Origin: a virus
Lineage: Duplodnaviria > Caudoviricetes
DNA length: 64,000 nt
Virus record (IMG/VR): IMGVR_UViG_3300021400_000154
Location: 1 to 64,000 of that record
Reading direction: 5' to 3' (one strand)
In this document: one piece after another, positions 19,486 to 29,400 of the stretch
Position numbering within the stretch: the first letter of the stretch is position 1
Layout: each line of letters opens with the position of its first letter
The notes under the pieces: generated by a model
What the model saw: the letters and a program-made list of their open reading frames with translations, nothing else
What the model was told of the DNA's origin: nothing
Databases searched by the model: none
Position numbers and translations under genes: made by a program

Positions 19486-19815
19486 TTACTCCGCCGCGCA
19501 GACGAGTGAGATATCAAGGATCTGGTCGTCGGTAATGTCGCTTGTTCCCATGCTGTCCATGGTGATGGCGACAATATCGTTGACCTGCCACCACTTGGCA
19601 GAACCCCAGATGTAGATCTCGCCTGCAGTATTCTCGATGGCGATCTGATCGAGTGACTCGTCCACTTCCACCACATAGCCTGCCATAGCGTATGTGGATG
19701 ATTGTTTCATGGCTGCACCGTGGCCGTATCCATTGCTGTATGCGACCATCATGCAGAGTGCGAGGACCATCAGTGCGAAACTGATGATCATAGGTTTGCG
19801 GTAGCAGTTCATCAT
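19486..19815 (-). CDS. hypothetical membrane-anchored/secreted protein
   Basis: hydrophobic N-terminus IISFALMVLALCMMVA. Confidence 0.65.
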   Translation of the reverse strand: MMNCYRKPMIISFALMVLALCMMVAYSNGYGHGAAMKQSSTYAMAGYVVEVDESLDQIAIENTAGEIYIWGSAKWWQVNDIVAITMDSMGTSDITDDQILDISLVCAAE

Positions 19816-20207
19816 GCTGCACCTCCAGATGTGTTTCTTTCCATTACGTTTATTTTCGAGGTTGCGGATTTTCGGAGTGCCTCCGCAAAGCGTACAGCAT
19901 CACGGACAGCAGCCCGGAACTTGCGCACGTTATCCTCAAGAACTTCTTGCTTGTTGCCGTAATTTACGGTGTCATTGTCAATCGGCAGTCCAGCCTGACG
20001 AAGCATGTTGTATGCGACAACCACTGTTCCGCCGAGCGGATGGTAATGACTGTCCAGGAGACAGATCTGCTTGTCACGAAAGCATATGTCCTGGACGGTA
20101 TGGGTGAGCACGGTCTCAAGCTTTTCGTCGTACTCTACCCATACGGAAAATGTCAGGTACTCACTGGTCTGAAAATCGACCAGCGAATGCATGAATGTCC
20201 TGATCAT
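19812..20207 (-). CDS. hypothetical protein
   Basis: ATGA overlaps at both ends. Confidence 0.6.
   Translation of the reverse strand: MIRTFMHSLVDFQTSEYLTFSVWVEYDEKLETVLTHTVQDICFRDKQICLLDSHYHPLGGTVVVAYNMLRQAGLPIDNDTVNYGNKQEVLEDNVRKFRAAVRDAVRFAEALRKSATSKINVMERNTSGGAA
19842..19868 (-). promoter_or_regulatory. 27-bp repeated motif copy 3 (candidate phage promoter)
   Basis: TCCGCAACCTCGAAAATAAACGTAATG within the 3' end of 19812..20207. Confidence 0.65.
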
Positions 20208-20353
20208 TTGATCACCCCAAACAAGTAGGCGATCATCAGGAACATGCAGAGGCTGAAAAGGAGCATTTGCAGGAACCAGTGCGGACGCTCAGACCACGGG
20301 ACTTCATCCTCCCGCTCGTAGTAGCGACCGCTGAAATCGTTCTTCGAAACCAT
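20204..20353 (-). CDS. small membrane protein (49 aa)
   Basis: AAAGGAGG RBS; MVSKNDF...LLFSLCMFLMIAYLFGVIK. Confidence 0.55.
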   Translation of the reverse strand: MVSKNDFSGRYYEREDEVPWSERPHWFLQMLLFSLCMFLMIAYLFGVIK

Positions 20354-20368
20354 CTGTGGTAACCTCCT

Positions 20369-20698
20369 TTAGAAGACGTCATCGTCCTCCTCTACCGGTT
20401 CATGCAGCTCGATGCCGAACTGCTCGTCGATGTCGGCTGAGAGCGAGCCATAGAGCTCAGGCTCCTCGAAAGTGGTCTCGTCCGTGAAACCCGCGCCGCG
20501 CAGGTAGCCCAGGGCGTAGCCCAGGTCAGTCGAGATGCAGTTGTGGCCTTCCCACACCTCCACCTGGGTGTCGTCGGGCGTGGTGCAGTAGAGGACGCCA
20601 CGGATCGTTTTGTTGTCGTCGACCCACACGACTCCGCACGTTTTGCGGATACTATTGCGCTCGACGGTCATGACGCTGGCGTTCAAACGGATCTCCAT
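20369..20698 (-). CDS. hypothetical acidic protein
   Basis: AAGGAGG RBS. Confidence 0.65.
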   Translation of the reverse strand: MEIRLNASVMTVERNSIRKTCGVVWVDDNKTIRGVLYCTTPDDTQVEVWEGHNCISTDLGYALGYLRGAGFTDETTFEEPELYGSLSADIDEQFGIELHEPVEEDDDVF

Positions 20699-20767
20699 GC
20701 AGTAACCTCCTTTTCACGCGAAAGAAAAAGGGCGGTCCCTGTTACGGAACCGCCCTATGCAGTAGTG

Positions 20768-21259
20768 TCAGATGGCGTTAACGAACGGGAACACGTCCTC
20801 GGCAGCGTTGAAGCCCTGGGTCTTGCCCTTGGCCAGGACGCGGAACTTGGGCCGATTGCCCATGTGGATCTCCAGCTTCCGGATGCCAGCCCTGGTCTTG
20901 TAAACCCGAACCTTCAGGTCGCCATACATGCTGATGAAGGTGCCCTTCTGCAGTTCGTCCTGAGCGCGCTTGGAATCCTCGTTCCAGGCACCGAACGTGA
21001 CAGGCAGATAGTGCTCGAACTTGGGAGCGGTAATGCCGTAGAACTCGCAGACCTCGCGGACGGCATCGATGATGGAGCCGAAGAGAATGGAGTCGGTGTT
21101 GGTGTTGAAGTTCGCGGCGACCGTGAAGTTGGTCACCGTGCTGCCATTGCGCTCGACGGCGGGCATCGGATCGGCGAAGAGATTGCCCTTCAGCGGGACA
21201 TTGGACAGAACAATTTCGAGGGTGTCGTTGGTCTGATTGCGAGTGATGATGTTGGTCAT
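20768..21259 (-). CDS. divergent SSB-like OB-fold protein
   Basis: KGNLFADP...VTNFTVAAN...AWNE...LQKGT...GDLKVRVY. Confidence 0.6.
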   Translation of the reverse strand: MTNIITRNQTNDTLEIVLSNVPLKGNLFADPMPAVERNGSTVTNFTVAANFNTNTDSILFGSIIDAVREVCEFYGITAPKFEHYLPVTFGAWNEDSKRAQDELQKGTFISMYGDLKVRVYKTRAGIRKLEIHMGNRPKFRVLAKGKTQGFNAAEDVFPFVNAI

Positions 21260-21367
21260 TGTAGTTCCTCCTCATTCATTGGCTCATGGCCTTTTTCTTT
21301 GCGGTAAACGTTGTTGTGCGAGTGGGTCCTGTGCCGTGCTCGCAACCATAGATGGCTCCGCTGTTGG

Positions 21368-21808
21368 TTAGGCCTTAGACCTGGCCGCTCTGGCAAGGCG
21401 ATCAGCCCGTTCGTTCATGGGATTGCCAGAGTGTCCTTCGACTTTCTTGACTACCATGAACAGGTTCTTCTTCCGCAGTTCCTGGATCAGTTCCAGCCAG
21501 AGATCCTGGTTCTTGACAGGAGTTCCACCTGCGGTGTGCATGTTTCGATCGAGCCAATCCCTGAAGTTCTCGATCCCGGTCTGCACGTACCGGCTGTCTG
21601 TCACGACAGTAACAGACTTGCGAACCTGCTGCGGCTTGATATGGCGAATGGCCATGATTACCGCAGTGAGCTCCATTCGGTTGTTGGTTGTGTCGGGCAC
21701 AGGGCCGCTGCCTTCGGTAATCAGAGTACCGTCATCCTTGGTGATGACGACTCCCCAACCACCTTTGTGGGTCAAGTGCTGACAAGACCCGTCTGCGTAG
21801 ATAACCAA
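21368..21808 (-). CDS. rnhA: ribonuclease HI
   Basis: IYADGS, GGWG, TTNNRMELTA, TDSRYV, VKNQDLW, VEGHSG, NERADRLA. Confidence 0.93.
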   Translation of the reverse strand: MVIYADGSCQHLTHKGGWGVVITKDDGTLITEGSGPVPDTTNNRMELTAVIMAIRHIKPQQVRKSVTVVTDSRYVQTGIENFRDWLDRNMHTAGGTPVKNQDLWLELIQELRKKNLFMVVKKVEGHSGNPMNERADRLARAARSKA

Positions 21809-21821
21809 TTGACTTCCTCCT

Positions 21822-22307
21822 TTACAAAGTTCTCGTTATGTTTATTGTGTTGATTGTTTTGCTGCGGGTTATGCGCATTTCATACATACGCCCACTTGGC
21901 GCCTTTATGCGATAATGCCCGCCGAATTCTTGGTCTGCATTCCAACCAGAATGCTCGTACATTCTGGTTGCAGCATATTGTGCTGTCCAACCAGTCAACG
22001 GCGCGTAACCGTTGAAATAGTTGACGATGAAGTCGATATTCGCGACATCTTCTTCGTCGCCATATGTGGCCAGTCTGGCAGCTTCCTTGGCTGCAATTTC
22101 AGCTCTTTGTTCAATGAGCTTTTCGCGGGTTTCCTCGTAATCATCTACAAGGATTCCGTCGACCATAAGCTCGCAACCGAGTTCATCTTCGATTGTTGGA
22201 GAATCGCAGTCGGCAGCGATTTCCAAGGCTTCTTCTTTTGTTTCCGCCTCGAATTCTTGTGGGTAAACGTCGTCTTCGTCTGCCCAGTAAGTGAAAACGG
22301 TAAACAT
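21822..22307 (-). CDS. hypothetical protein
   Basis: AAAGGAG RBS. Confidence 0.65.
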   Translation of the reverse strand: MFTVFTYWADEDDVYPQEFEAETKEEALEIAADCDSPTIEDELGCELMVDGILVDDYEETREKLIEQRAEIAAKEAARLATYGDEEDVANIDFIVNYFNGYAPLTGWTAQYAATRMYEHSGWNADQEFGGHYRIKAPSGRMYEMRITRSKTINTINITRTL

Positions 22308-22651
22308 TCGATTTCTCCTTTCTGCCAGTTCATCTTTTGGTGGCTGGCGGTCGAACGGTTAACAGTAGACTGCACGGCATAAGCCTTGTTGATCCATGGG
22401 CAGTCAGCCATCATAATGCGACAACCTCCGCGGTTATCGGGATCGGGTTGGAAGAGGGCTGATTATGGCTCAACCCTCTAGAAGCCAAGATAACAAAAAT
22501 GCCCTGAGGTTTCCCAGGCCTCAGGGCGTGAAAGGAGGGGCGGCTGTACCGCCATAGTGGGACCGGGCTGAAGATGACCCGGTCACCGGCACTGGATGCT
22601 GCCCACGCACGTCTGCACGGAATCATGCACGTGGGCAGGGACGAGTGTCGG

Positions 22652-22864
22652 TTACGCTTCTTCGCTGGCGTAGCATGCCAGCTGGTCGAGGGATACTTCT
22701 TTGTTGCCACGGAATACAACCACGTCTTCCTTGCGGGACATGGCTATCAACGTAGCGTTGTACGCTGCGACGGCAGAACGGTATTTGGCGACATACCGCT
22801 GGTCGTCGCCGTACCCGCCATCAACTGTGTACATGGGACGGTGTTCCAGGAAGTCTGTGAGCAT
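22652..22864 (-). CDS. hypothetical protein
   Basis: AAAGGAGG RBS. Confidence 0.6.
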   Translation of the reverse strand: MLTDFLEHRPMYTVDGGYGDDQRYVAKYRSAVAAYNATLIAMSRKEDVVVFRGNKEVSLDQLACYASEEA

Positions 22865-22884
22865 GCGACACCTCCTTTATTGGC

Positions 22885-23570
22885 CCAGGGCTTTGGACGA
22901 GACGTTGCCGTCTCCTTGACTTTCGTCAAGTGGGCCTGCCGCATTAATCCGGGCGATTGCAGTCACCCGGACCCATCTGCAAATAGGAACAATCGCTGTG
23001 CACCGCGACTGCCTGGTTTGGTAAGGCGGTTTTCCTTCCGCCTAAATGAAACAAGAGCGCAGTTAAATGACCCATCCGCGCAAGATGGGGGTCGAACGAA
23101 ATGCCGGTCAGACTGACCAGGTCACCGGGATCTCGATGCCGTCGGTTAAGGGCCGGATCGCGCCAATGGTTGACCTTCCGGTCAAAGTCTGGCTACTGCG
23201 GTACCGGCCATTGCCTGTACCTTTCGCACTTCCACGTGGTCTTCAGCCGCGAGGCAAAAGTCTTGGAGGGTATTCACGTACCCCTACGGCCCTCATTGGG
23301 CCGACGCGGCAGGCTATCGCATTGTCGGATCGGGCCACCTTACCGATGCCTTTCGTCCCGATCTTAGCCGGTAATAAGAACTCCTTCCGTCTGTCAGCCA
23401 CGCCTCCTGGTTTGCCACACCAGGAAACGCCCGTGCAGACCAGAGCCCGTTGCAAATCACGCTCCGGCTACGGCTTTCTGGCTACTGAGTCTCCTTTGGA
23501 CTCTCCTCCTTTCTGCCAGTTCAACAGTATTCTGGTGGAAGTTTTCCCGGTGATCGGCCGGGAAAGCAGC
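22885..23570 (-). ncRNA. candidate large structured non-coding RNA
   Basis: about 690 nt with no RBS-led ORF, dense hairpins, GNRA loops on the minus strand (CTTGAC-GAAA-GTCAAG, TTGACC-GGAA-GGTCAA); starts just 3' of a hammerhead. Confidence 0.5.
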
Positions 23571-23572
23571 TT

Positions 23573-23637
23573 CCTGTGAGGCCTGTCTCACGACAGTCCT
23601 TTCGACCGGGTGCTGCACCCGGTTCTCATCAGACAGG
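23573..23637 (-). ncRNA. hammerhead ribozyme, type I
   Basis: CCUGU-CUGAUGA-stem II-GAAA-GGACUGUC GUGA GACAGGCC-UC-ACAGG; predicted cut between 23578 and 23577. Confidence 0.85.
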
Positions 23638-23639
23638 TT

Positions 23640-23750
23640 TCAGATGCGATGCCACTCCGCGCCCACAGCCAGAAGCCATGGCTTGTTGGCGATCAACTGC
23701 TCGGTGGTCATGGTGGTGGTGATGCCGCTGCGGAAAGTGATGGTATACAT
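23640..23750 (-). CDS. small protein (36 aa, MYTITFRSG...)
   Basis: GAAAGGAG RBS; stop lies just before the hammerhead. Confidence 0.6.
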   Translation of the reverse strand: MYTITFRSGITTTMTTEQLIANKPWLLAVGAEWHRI

Positions 23751-23764
23751 TGGGGCTCCTTTCG

Positions 23765-24147
23765 TTTGGCACACTTTTGGCAGTGCCCGCCAATTTTACA
23801 AAGTATCTGCCTCCCGCCGGTTGCGCGACTGACGGTTGTTCAGGCAGAAGTACCACCGATGTTAGCCGCATGCCATTGCGACTTTTAACGTTGCGGTGGG
23901 CAACGAGCTGCGGTTCGCATACTGCATGTTGCCGTGCATGCGATGCGGGTTGGGCTTGCCTGCTTCGCTTTTGTGTCGCCGGTGGCTCTCGCGAGACGGC
24001 ACCCAGAGTTGACCTCCTGAACTGGGCCTGGCAGACTGTCCAGACGTGTTTGCCCCATAACTGCCATCGGGCACGCCAGCTCGTGTCGTGAGCCAACGGC
24101 CTCTACTTTGAGAGGCTGAGTCAGGAGGCAGGCTTGCGCCAACATCT
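23765..24147 (-). ncRNA. candidate structured non-coding RNA
   Basis: nested complementary blocks CCTCCTGA/TCAGGAGG, GCCTGC/GCAGGC, GCCTCT/AGAGGC, TCTGCCT/AGGCAGA; no credible ORF. Confidence 0.45.
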
Positions 24148-24391
24148 ACCACCGATTCCTTAAGGCGCTTGCGCCGATTTGGAAAACGGTTGGGATAAAG
24201 GCACGCCGCACAAAAACTCCGCCCCCGAAAAAGTTCCAGCGGTAAAATCCCAGTCGCCCTTTTGGCGGGAAAGGGAAGTTTGGATGCTGGAACCGCCAGG
24301 TTTGGAGCCTACGCGGTTTGGCCCTGTCTGTGGATCGGCCCTCTGCCGGGATCCACACCACCGATTCCTTAAGGCGCCTGCGCCGATTTGG
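24148..24391. repeat. 35-bp direct repeat, 2 copies (24148-24182, 24357-24391)
   Basis: ACCACCGATTCCTTAAGGCGC(T/C)TGCGCCGATTTGG, one mismatch. Confidence 0.9.
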
Positions 24392-24665
24392 CTAAGCAAA
24401 CCAGCAGCACAGCAACTCTAAGAAATCAAGTTTGGAAACAGGAAGACTGTCCTGTTTGGCAGGTCTGTTGTTTGGGGAGAAAGGCACGTTTGGGGAGCGA
24501 AGCGAAGCGAAAAAATCCCCGCCCCCAAAAATATGGCGCTACTCGCCACAGTTGGAGTTCCGGGAAGCACAGCTGATCAGGCCGTGCTTTTCCTGGAACT
24601 GACATCAACATTTCAGTTAGGATATGAAATGCTGATGTCAGCTCCCGGAGGAGCTGATAGTAGTA

Positions 24666-25232
24666 TTACCAGGAAGCTATAACGCCAACTGGGAAACCAA
24701 CCATATCGCGGAAAACATCGAAATGAATTTTTGATCCCTTGCTTTCTGCCCATTTCTGCAAGTCAACAGCATGTTCCTTCGCATACTTGTTCATGTCTGG
24801 GCCGACAATTACGACACTGTTTTTGCTAGGTTTCCAAGCGGTACGAACCGTCAAAAAGCAGCCATAGAGATGTTTTTCCACAGCGTTCACAATCGCAATA
24901 TCATCAAGTGTGAAAGCTTCGCCTGCGAACTGCATTATGTCACTTTTGATTTCAGTAATTTCATCCAGTTCCTTTTGCAATTCAGCACAAGCCAGCTCAT
25001 CTTTCATTACGGTGGACACAATCCCATCGATGGCTCTTACTACTGTGACAAAATCACATTCGCACCATTCTCCGAAGTTGCCGTCAAAGATTTTGTAATC
25101 GCCGGTATGAATCGCGAGATTACCGTCGAAGAATATAACAGTTCTTCCTTCTGCATTATCGATGCAGATAGCTACTTCGCTTGTTGCGTTCCAGAAGTAA
25201 AACTTCGCGTTTTCCCAGATTTCTTTAATCAT
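24666..25232 (-). CDS. hypothetical protein
   Basis: AAAGGAGG RBS. Confidence 0.7.
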   Translation of the reverse strand: MIKEIWENAKFYFWNATSEVAICIDNAEGRTVIFFDGNLAIHTGDYKIFDGNFGEWCECDFVTVVRAIDGIVSTVMKDELACAELQKELDEITEIKSDIMQFAGEAFTLDDIAIVNAVEKHLYGCFLTVRTAWKPSKNSVVIVGPDMNKYAKEHAVDLQKWAESKGSKIHFDVFRDMVGFPVGVIASW

Positions 25233-25246
25233 TGTTTTGTCCTCCT

Positions 25247-25558
25247 TTATTCGTCAATGAAGTACTCTTCGTCGTGCACGATGTGGGTGGGCTCTTCCTT
25301 AACCAGCTTTTCGCCGTCCCAGAAGATGTACGGTTTGAGCTCTCCACGAGCAGCAGCCTCATGAGAGAGGCGAGTGTGTGCATCACCTGCGATAGCACAG
25401 ACTTCGATGAACATGTCAGGCATTTCGCTCAGCGATTTGTTGAAGATGTAGTCGCCGGTCACAATGGCGACATGCAGGTCGTGAGCCTGTTTCCTGGAGA
25501 CAGGGATGATGGAGACAAACTGGTCATTTTTCTTGACATACAGGTTGTAATGGAACAT
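25247..25558 (-). CDS. hypothetical protein
   Basis: AAAGGAGG RBS before MFHYNLY. Confidence 0.65.
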   Translation of the reverse strand: MFHYNLYVKKNDQFVSIIPVSRKQAHDLHVAIVTGDYIFNKSLSEMPDMFIEVCAIAGDAHTRLSHEAAARGELKPYIFWDGEKLVKEEPTHIVHDEEYFIDE

Positions 25559-25804
25559 GTTGTTCCTCCTTTCTGCCCATTTATGAGCCGGGCCAGCTTG
25601 ATTCTCCTCTGAACCGCTGAGGTTCTTCGGAGCATGTTGGGGCAGGTAGAACCGTGCCCCATTTGGATATCCAATCAAAAAGGAAGTGTGAAGCGTTCCC
25701 ACTGGTCAGGAAACATTTCGAAGACCTCCTTTCTCCAGCATTTGCTGGCCATTAGGCTGTACACGAATGTACAGCCCAAGGCGCCAACAAATGGCGATTG
25801 TTTA

Positions 25805-26152
25805 TTACTGGACGACCTTGGCCGCATGGCCGCTGGCCTTCAGCGTGGCGATGGTGGTCTCCACATCCTCGGGCCAGACTTCCAGCCGATGCTCAGTCTT
25901 TTTGGCGATCCAGGAAATCACGATCTTCGCCTGAGTGGTCGCAGGCTTCGGCTGGATGGGGGCGGGGCTCTTCTTGGCCAGAACCACCAGGTCGCCCTTC
26001 ACCCGCTCCACATCCTCCGGAGCGCAGTACAGGGCCTTGATGCCCTTCTTGCCAGCCCGCTTCATGGCCTCAAAAGCCGCATGGGAAGTCGCCATCGCCT
26101 TGGCGACAGGCTGAGAGGTGGTGGGGTCGATGTAGACGATCACATTTTTCAT
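25805..26152 (-). CDS. hypothetical protein
   Basis: AAAGGAGG RBS before MKNVIV. Confidence 0.7.
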   Translation of the reverse strand: MKNVIVYIDPTTSQPVAKAMATSHAAFEAMKRAGKKGIKALYCAPEDVERVKGDLVVLAKKSPAPIQPKPATTQAKIVISWIAKKTEHRLEVWPEDVETTIATLKASGHAAKVVQ

Positions 26153-26194
26153 TGGGATTCCTCCTTTTATTTTGTGGTTCAGATGAGAAATCAC

Positions 26195-26223
26195 TTGCGG
26201 ATGTGGAGTCCGTATGATATAAT
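26195..26223 (+). promoter_or_regulatory. sigma70/sigmaA-type promoter
   Basis: TTGCGG-17 bp-TATAAT with extended -10 TG. Confidence 0.7.
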
Positions 26224-26239
26224 GGAGAGGGGTGATACG

Positions 26240-26440
26240 ATGACCTGTAAGGAACTCCTCGACAAGATGTGGAATGGTGAGTCGCTTACTGAAGCGCAGC
26301 TTGCGCAGCTTGAACGGGCAGGCTTTGCTCTGGAAGTGGCCAACTATTGCAGTGAGGAGTATGCAAGAACTCAGTCACATGCCGATCTCATCAACGAGAT
26401 TGGTGGAGACGATGGCGACGGAGAGCATCAGGACAGCTAA
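26240..26440 (+). CDS. small acidic protein (66 aa), opposite to the surrounding genes
   Basis: own promoter, GAGGGG RBS, MTCKELLDKMW... Confidence 0.6.
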   Translation: MTCKELLDKMWNGESLTEAQLAQLERAGFALEVANYCSEEYARTQSHADLINEIGGDDGDGEHQDS

Positions 26441-26460
26441 CCCCAGAAGAGAGAGGCTGC

Positions 26461-29400
26461 TTACTCAGCAGCCTCTTCTTCTTTCTCGAAACGCATCGCG
26501 GCCTTTTCTGCCAAGCCGCCGAAGATCATCCAGTAAGCTCTCCAGAGCTGATCACGCAGGAACTGGACTTTGGGATCGGCGTATTCGATATCGCACTTCG
26601 TGAACATGTAACATGTAATCACGTCATACGCATTGATCAGCGTCAGCCCAAACGATTCTGCGAACTCACTGATCTCGGACAGTGCCGCGACTCTCCAGTC
26701 GTCTTCAAAGGATGTGTCTTCCTGGTCCTTCCGGGTCTCATCTCTGGTCCAAAGCTGGCGATCCGTTTCGATCCTGCGGGCCAGGGCATTGAACAAACCT
26801 TCATCCGGACGGCACCAGGCACCATCAAGCATGATGGGGTTATTGCCCTTTCTGATCAGTCCCCACATACCACGCCGTCCCTCTTCGGGGTCGAACATCA
26901 GCATGTGGTAATCAAACTTACCCTCAGGCAGGTCGTAAATCTCGGTGGATCTGTCCAGCTTGTCGCTGTACAGCATGAACAACCGGTTAAGAGTAGACAC
27001 CATCAAGGTGCGATCTACTCCGTCCATGGAAGCGAGCTTTTCCAGCTCGTTTCTGGTCGCATGGCGAGCAACCGCATCTTTGTACAGTTTCGCCAAAGGC
27101 TGCACCATATTAGTAGCAGCTTGGCTTTCCCGAGGCTCGTTGAAGTCGGCTCCACCATGTTTGCTGGCATCCACCAGCACATTCGCGGCAAATACCTTGA
27201 AGTTGACGCCGCGCTCGCTGATTTCAACCAGTTCATAGTGGTATTCTCCAGTAACAGGGTCTTTAACTCTGTTGACCCTGTTCAGAAGGCCGTTCTCGTT
27301 GAACACGGTCAGTCCGAGCTGGTTCTTATGGGTCAGACCTCCAGCATAGACGAGCTCGTCTTCGCGGGAAACGATCTGTTTGTCAGTCTCTGGCGCTTCC
27401 CAAATGATGAGCCTGTTCCACCTGGCCAGCGTCTCTTTCGTCGCCTGGATCATACCTTTCTCGAAGGAGAACTTGACACCATCGCCGTCGAAATCCATGG
27501 CAAAGGCGCGGGAGGTGTCATCGTAGCAGTTGAAGTAGACGCAGTACGCCTGCGTCTTGAAGTATTTCTTGAACGCCGCTTTCGGAGCGACGTTCCGGAG
27601 GACCCTGTCGCTGTTGGGATGCACAACAGGGGACCTGGAGCAGGCGAATTCGCCGTACTGGAATCCAGGGATCCATGCTTCGCCGACTTCCAGACTGCCG
27701 GTCCGCTCCAGGCCGAACCATGCCTGGAAGACGTATACCGGATCGGGGAGCGCCTTCGCGTAGTAAGAGTTACGAAGAATCTTACCAGAGAAGGCGAGGT
27801 CGATGTCTTTCGTGAGTGATGTCACGAATCGTTCATTGATGGCCCGGACATTGAGGAACGTCGGAAGAATGCGGGCAATATGCCCGAGCTCACGCCCGAG
27901 CATTTTGCTGGCACCATCAACGGTGTGGGCACCGTTGATTCGCTTGATGGTCGGTTCAGCCATCAGCGCCAAAGACTCGTCTGATGCTTCCGTGAGTGTC
28001 TGGACAACCTGGTAAGAGGTGTCCTTCTTTTCCGGGGCATGGGCGCGTACGCATACACCAAGGTCGAACTCAGAGCGAACTGCGTCGCACCAAGCCTCAA
28101 ACGTGGTATACGCTCTGGTTGCGTTGCCGATGTTCGTCTTCAGGACGGTCTCGTCCATAAAGACGGAAATCTGGTCGATGGGACGACCATCGGGCATCGT
28201 ATGGATACCGTTTTCGTGAAGGAACCGATGAGCGGCGAAGTTCCGGTCGCAGCAGCTCTTAATCGCTGCGCCATTAGCCCGAATTGTGACCACCGAGTGA
28301 TCGGCCATAAAGGCTTCGATTCTTTCGGCCGCTTCTTCGGGATCAACGCCCTGCTGAATCAGCCGGTTCACGAACACAGGAACCATTTGTTCCGGAATTT
28401 CGATGCAGGAGTATCCGTCAGAGCGGATCTCGCTCTCTCGGTTGTTGTCCATCTGCTCCTCATGCCCGTCGAGGAACTCCTTCGTATGGTTGCCGACGAT
28501 CTCGGACCACACGGAAGGCATGATTGCACAATCCTCCGGAATGAAGGGGATCCCAAAGGACTTCCTGGGAACGGCCTGAAGGCCAACAAGGTAAGCAACT
28601 TTCTTCGCGACGGTCGTCAGCCATCCAGTGTTTGTATCTTTCAGAATCCATGTCCGCATTTCTGCGTAAATGGACTCTTTGACCCAGAGAGTTTTGCATT
28701 CCTTGGCGTTGTTGGTGCCATGGCCAAGGAACACGTACTTTGTTCCATTGATAACAAGACCGTTCATAACGGTCTGGCGCCACAGGTGTGCGGCGTCTTC
28801 CGCCATCTCCAGGCTCTCTATGTCTGTGGCTTTGGCATCCGGAATGATTGATGTGACGTGAACGATGGCGTTGTCCCCGCCGATGGCGATGGCTTTTGCC
28901 TCAACTGGAGACACGCCCTTGTTGATGCTATCAAAGTCGAACCCGTTTTTCTTCGGGTTCAAGGTCGCACGAATGAACGTGCGTGTACCATAAGCCCGAA
29001 TAGTGGGTTCAGCCTTGCAGATCGGCTCCAAGGCGTCGAGGATTTTGTAAGCTGTCTTTTCGCCAATACCCGGGATTTCCATCAAACGTTCAGTGTTCCG
29101 GCCAACAATGACCTTCTTCAGGTCGCTGACTCGGATCGCCAGAACGGCGGCGATCACAGCTTTCTTGAGGCCCTTGCAAGCCTCGAGCCTCGTCCTGGCA
29201 TTGTCTTTCCATTGCTCGGCGTTTTCGCGACGAACAAGGGTGTTCGTCCAGCCATGGTTCGCCAAGACGATACTTGGCGTACCTGCCGTTTTGATTTGTC
29301 TCGGCAGGTTGGGCTGCTTAGTGGCAATCTGCCGATAGGCCGAAAATCCTTCTTCAGCAGACTGGAAGACTTTGGATTTAATGGCCCCGTTCAGCTCATA

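Noticed and set aside
24148-24391. CRISPR array
   Set aside because: Only two repeats, 174 bp apart, and no cas genes.
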